A DNA stretch of 64,000 nt, taken from the NCBI RefSeq assembly GCF_001194135.2, contig NC_068981.1, forward strand, positions 90,753,314 to 90,817,313, written 5' to 3'. The translations under genes and the position numbers were made by a program. Shown one piece after another: positions 60,985-64,000 of this stretch (position 1 is the stretch's first letter; each line of letters opens with the position of its first letter). The stretch comes from Octopus bimaculoides. Its lineage: Eukaryota. Below the pieces are notes generated by a model. It was given only the letters and a program-made list of their open reading frames with translations, ran no database searches and had not been told where the DNA came from.

Positions 60985-61929
60985 TCGTATATCATCGTTT
61001 AACGTCCGCTTTCCATGCTAACATGGGTTGGACGATTTGACTGAGGACTGGTGAAACCGGATGGCTACACCAGGCTCCAATCTGATTTGGCAGAGTTTCT
61101 ACCGCTGGATGCCCTTCCTAACGCCAACCACTCCGAGAGTGTAGTCGGTGCTTTTACGTGCCACCAGCACGAAGGCCAGTCAGGCGGTACTGGCAACGGC
61201 CACGCTCAAAATGGTGTATTTTACGTGCCACCTGCACAGGAGCCAGTCCAGCAGACACAGGCAGACAGGCAAACAGACTGGCAGACAGACTTTTACTATT
61301 TTACGATTATGGTGTTATTCCTTTTCGTGAATAAAATCTATAAGGTTATATCTATAAATGATAGACGCATATTTTTTAACAAGCTATGAAATAGTAAATT
61401 ATTCTAAATGGTTTTACTATAAAATAAAAGCTAAAAATAAAAAGAGAAATGGATTAGAATATTTATAACGGTAGACAAACCTAACATTATATTATGAAAT
61501 TATTTACGTTGTACAAAAGTTATCTCCCTTGTAGCACAAACCGATATCGCCTCAATAACCAACACCTCGCCTGATTAAAAAATGTGGTAGTCATTCCTGG
61601 TATGTTTTTCTTTTCTTTTTTTACCATAAATATGCCAGCACACTGAAAGCTAACCTAAAGTAAACAACGGCAGAAGACGAAGAACGAACCTTTTCATCCT
61701 TACGTTCTTTTATTCGTTTATTTGTTGCAGTCATTTCACTGCAGCCGTGCTGGGATACCATCTTCAAGGGTTTTTTTTTGTTGTTGTTGAACAATCGATA
61801 CCAGGACTTATTTTCTAAGCCTAGTACTTATTTTATCTGTTTCTTTTGCCAAACCGCTAGATTACGTGGACGTAAACACGTCAGCACCGATTGTCGAGCG
61901 GTGATGGGAGAACGAATACAGGCGAAGAG

Positions 61930-61975
<46 letters not shown>

Positions 61976-62528
61976 GCATTCTTTTAGTCTTTCACTTGTT
62001 TCAGTCATTTGACTGCGGCCATGCTGAAGCACCGCCTTCAGTTGAACAAATAGACCTCAGGACTTATTCTTTGTAAGCCTAGTACTTATTCTATCGGTCT
62101 CTTTTGCCAAACCGTTATGTTACGGGGACGTAAATACACCAGCATCGGTTGTCAGGTGAGGATGGGGGAACACAGACACACGAGCATACATACATATAAG
62201 CTTGACATGGTTGATTCTTTCTTGTCTTGGGATTCACGATCAAACGGCTGGGTGGAATTGCACGATAATCTATACATATATGTAGATTGATCCGGTGGTA
62301 ATGCTGAGCCTTGTTTTTTTTTTTTTTCATAGCTTTCATGGTTACCGAGATAATCTACATAACATGGAAGTTGACGTCTCCCAATATGTAATTCCAGACT
62401 TCTTCTTTGGGGAATTGTGCGAACAAATGTTATCCTCCCTCCCATTGTGACAAACCAAGGAAGAGAAAAGCATACCAGAGAATGATAAAACCGACCACCG
62501 AATTGAAACACAAAATGGCAATGGATAA

Positions 62529-64000
62529 ATGAACAACGCGTCCATGACCGGCATCACTGGCGAAAAAGTGCAAGTCAGCCTGGGCGAGCTTGAAAAATAT
62601 AAAAGCTTATTGCAGAACAAGTAGCTAACCCCACCAGAAGTGATGTACGACACAAAACGCAAGACAATAGTTTACAGAACGCTGTCCCTGGTTACGAAAA
62701 AGATAAAGATGTCATCTAAGGATGCTATCGAAAAGTGCCTATTACCAATTTGGTGCAGTCGAAGTGAGATTCGCTTCTGAAGAGGAGGCAAAGGAACACT
62801 CTATGTCTCCCTTAAAGTCAGCAGATCTGGTGTTACTGCCGACTTACCTCGGAAGGCAAACATCGAAAATAAGGATAGGAGAGGTCCCACCAGAGATCAA
62901 TGTTTAGTGGCTGGTGGCAGCAGTACTGCTGAACCGAGAGGATAGAGCCACTGTCCTTTAGGCTACCAAGCCACACCAGCAGAACTGTGGGGTTAAGGTC
63001 TGGAGTTAATAACCAAGGCCACAGAGAGGAACTTGGAAGAGATACCAGAACAAATAATACGACCGGACAAGACCACATCAAGAGTCATGGTGGAGGGAAG
63101 AAGTCCAAGGTACATTAAGTGTGGGAAAAAGGGCTACATAGAAACCACGTGTCCACAGGTCCTACAATCAAAAGGACCTCTTCTTCCTATCAACCCTCCA
63201 TAGTCTGATGACCCGAAAGAAAGCAAGAGGGAGCCAACTCGTACCGTGATGAAACAACCCATCAACTCACCACAAACTGATGACCTGAAGGAAGACAGAA
63301 GGAAGTCAAGCAGCACCACAATGGAACAACCCATCACAGACCCATCACAGACTGACAACCTGAAAGAAGAAAAAAAAAAAGAGTAGGAGTGGCTGTGTGG
63401 TAAGTAGCTTGCTTACCAACCACATGGTTTCCGCGTTCAGTCCTACTGCGTGGCACCTTGGGCAAGTGTCTTCTACTATAGCCTCAAGCCGACCAAAGCC
63501 TTGTGAGTGGATTTGATAGACGGAAACTGAAAGAAGCCCGTCGTATATATATGTATATATNNNNNNNNNNNNNNNNNNNNNNNNNNNNNNNNNNNNNNNN
63601 NNNNNNNNNNNNNNNNNNNNNNNNNNNNNNNNNNNNNNNNNNNNNNNNNNNNNNNNNNNNNNNNNNNNNNNNNNNNNNNNNNNNNNNNNNNNNNNNNNNN
63701 NNNNNNNNNNNNNNNNNNNNNNNNNNNNNNNNNNNNNNNNNNNNNNNNNNNNNNNNNNNNNNNNNNNNNNNNNNNNNNNNNNNNNNNNNNNNNNNNNNNN
63801 NNNNNNNNNNNNNNNNNNNNNNNNNNNNNNNNNNNNNNNNNNNNNNNNNNNNNNNGGCCACAGTCAAATGACTGAAACAAGTAAAAAGAAAAAAAGTCGA
63901 CCAACACCACGATGAAGCAACCTATTAACCCACCACTCCAAACAAAGAAGCCATCACAAAGAAGCAAAGACAACCAAAAACCCGCATTTACACGATACAC
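62529..64000 (+). pseudogene. Degenerate L1/Tx1-like ORF1 (gag-like) interrupted by a SINE B at about 63382-63890
   Basis: Frameshifted reading ends in VMVEGRSPRYIKCGKKGYIETTCP, a decayed VEGR.P.CX2CX4HX4C knuckle at 63111-63152. Confidence 0.6.

Overview
AT-rich, microsatellite- and SINE-saturated animal genomic DNA, most likely octopus (inferred from recognisable cephalopod-type tRNA-derived SINE families), with about 11 assembly gaps. One protein-coding gene is supported: a + strand rhomboid intramembrane serine protease with an N-terminal EF-hand. It was reconstructed from 8 GT-AG exons (18039-52212, 1044 nt, 347 aa plus stop) with matching intron phases and intact WR, HxxxN, GASGG and AHxGG motifs. 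Its first exon(s) were not securely found. The rest is mobile DNA: at least four SINE-like families, R4/Dong-like, RTE-like and L1/Tx1-like LINE remnants, Merlin, mariner and possible piggyBac transposase relics, hAT and other MITEs, and a probable Penelope-derived fold-back. Most ORF-track entries are microsatellite or N-gap artefacts. The most interesting observations are a 4-nt frameshifting microexon candidate, head-to-tail SINE chains in (TTA)n arrays that gain AATAAA by CpG decay, several long intronic hairpins, and a 17-bp minisatellite formed at an insertion junction. No clearly new multi-gene system is evident.
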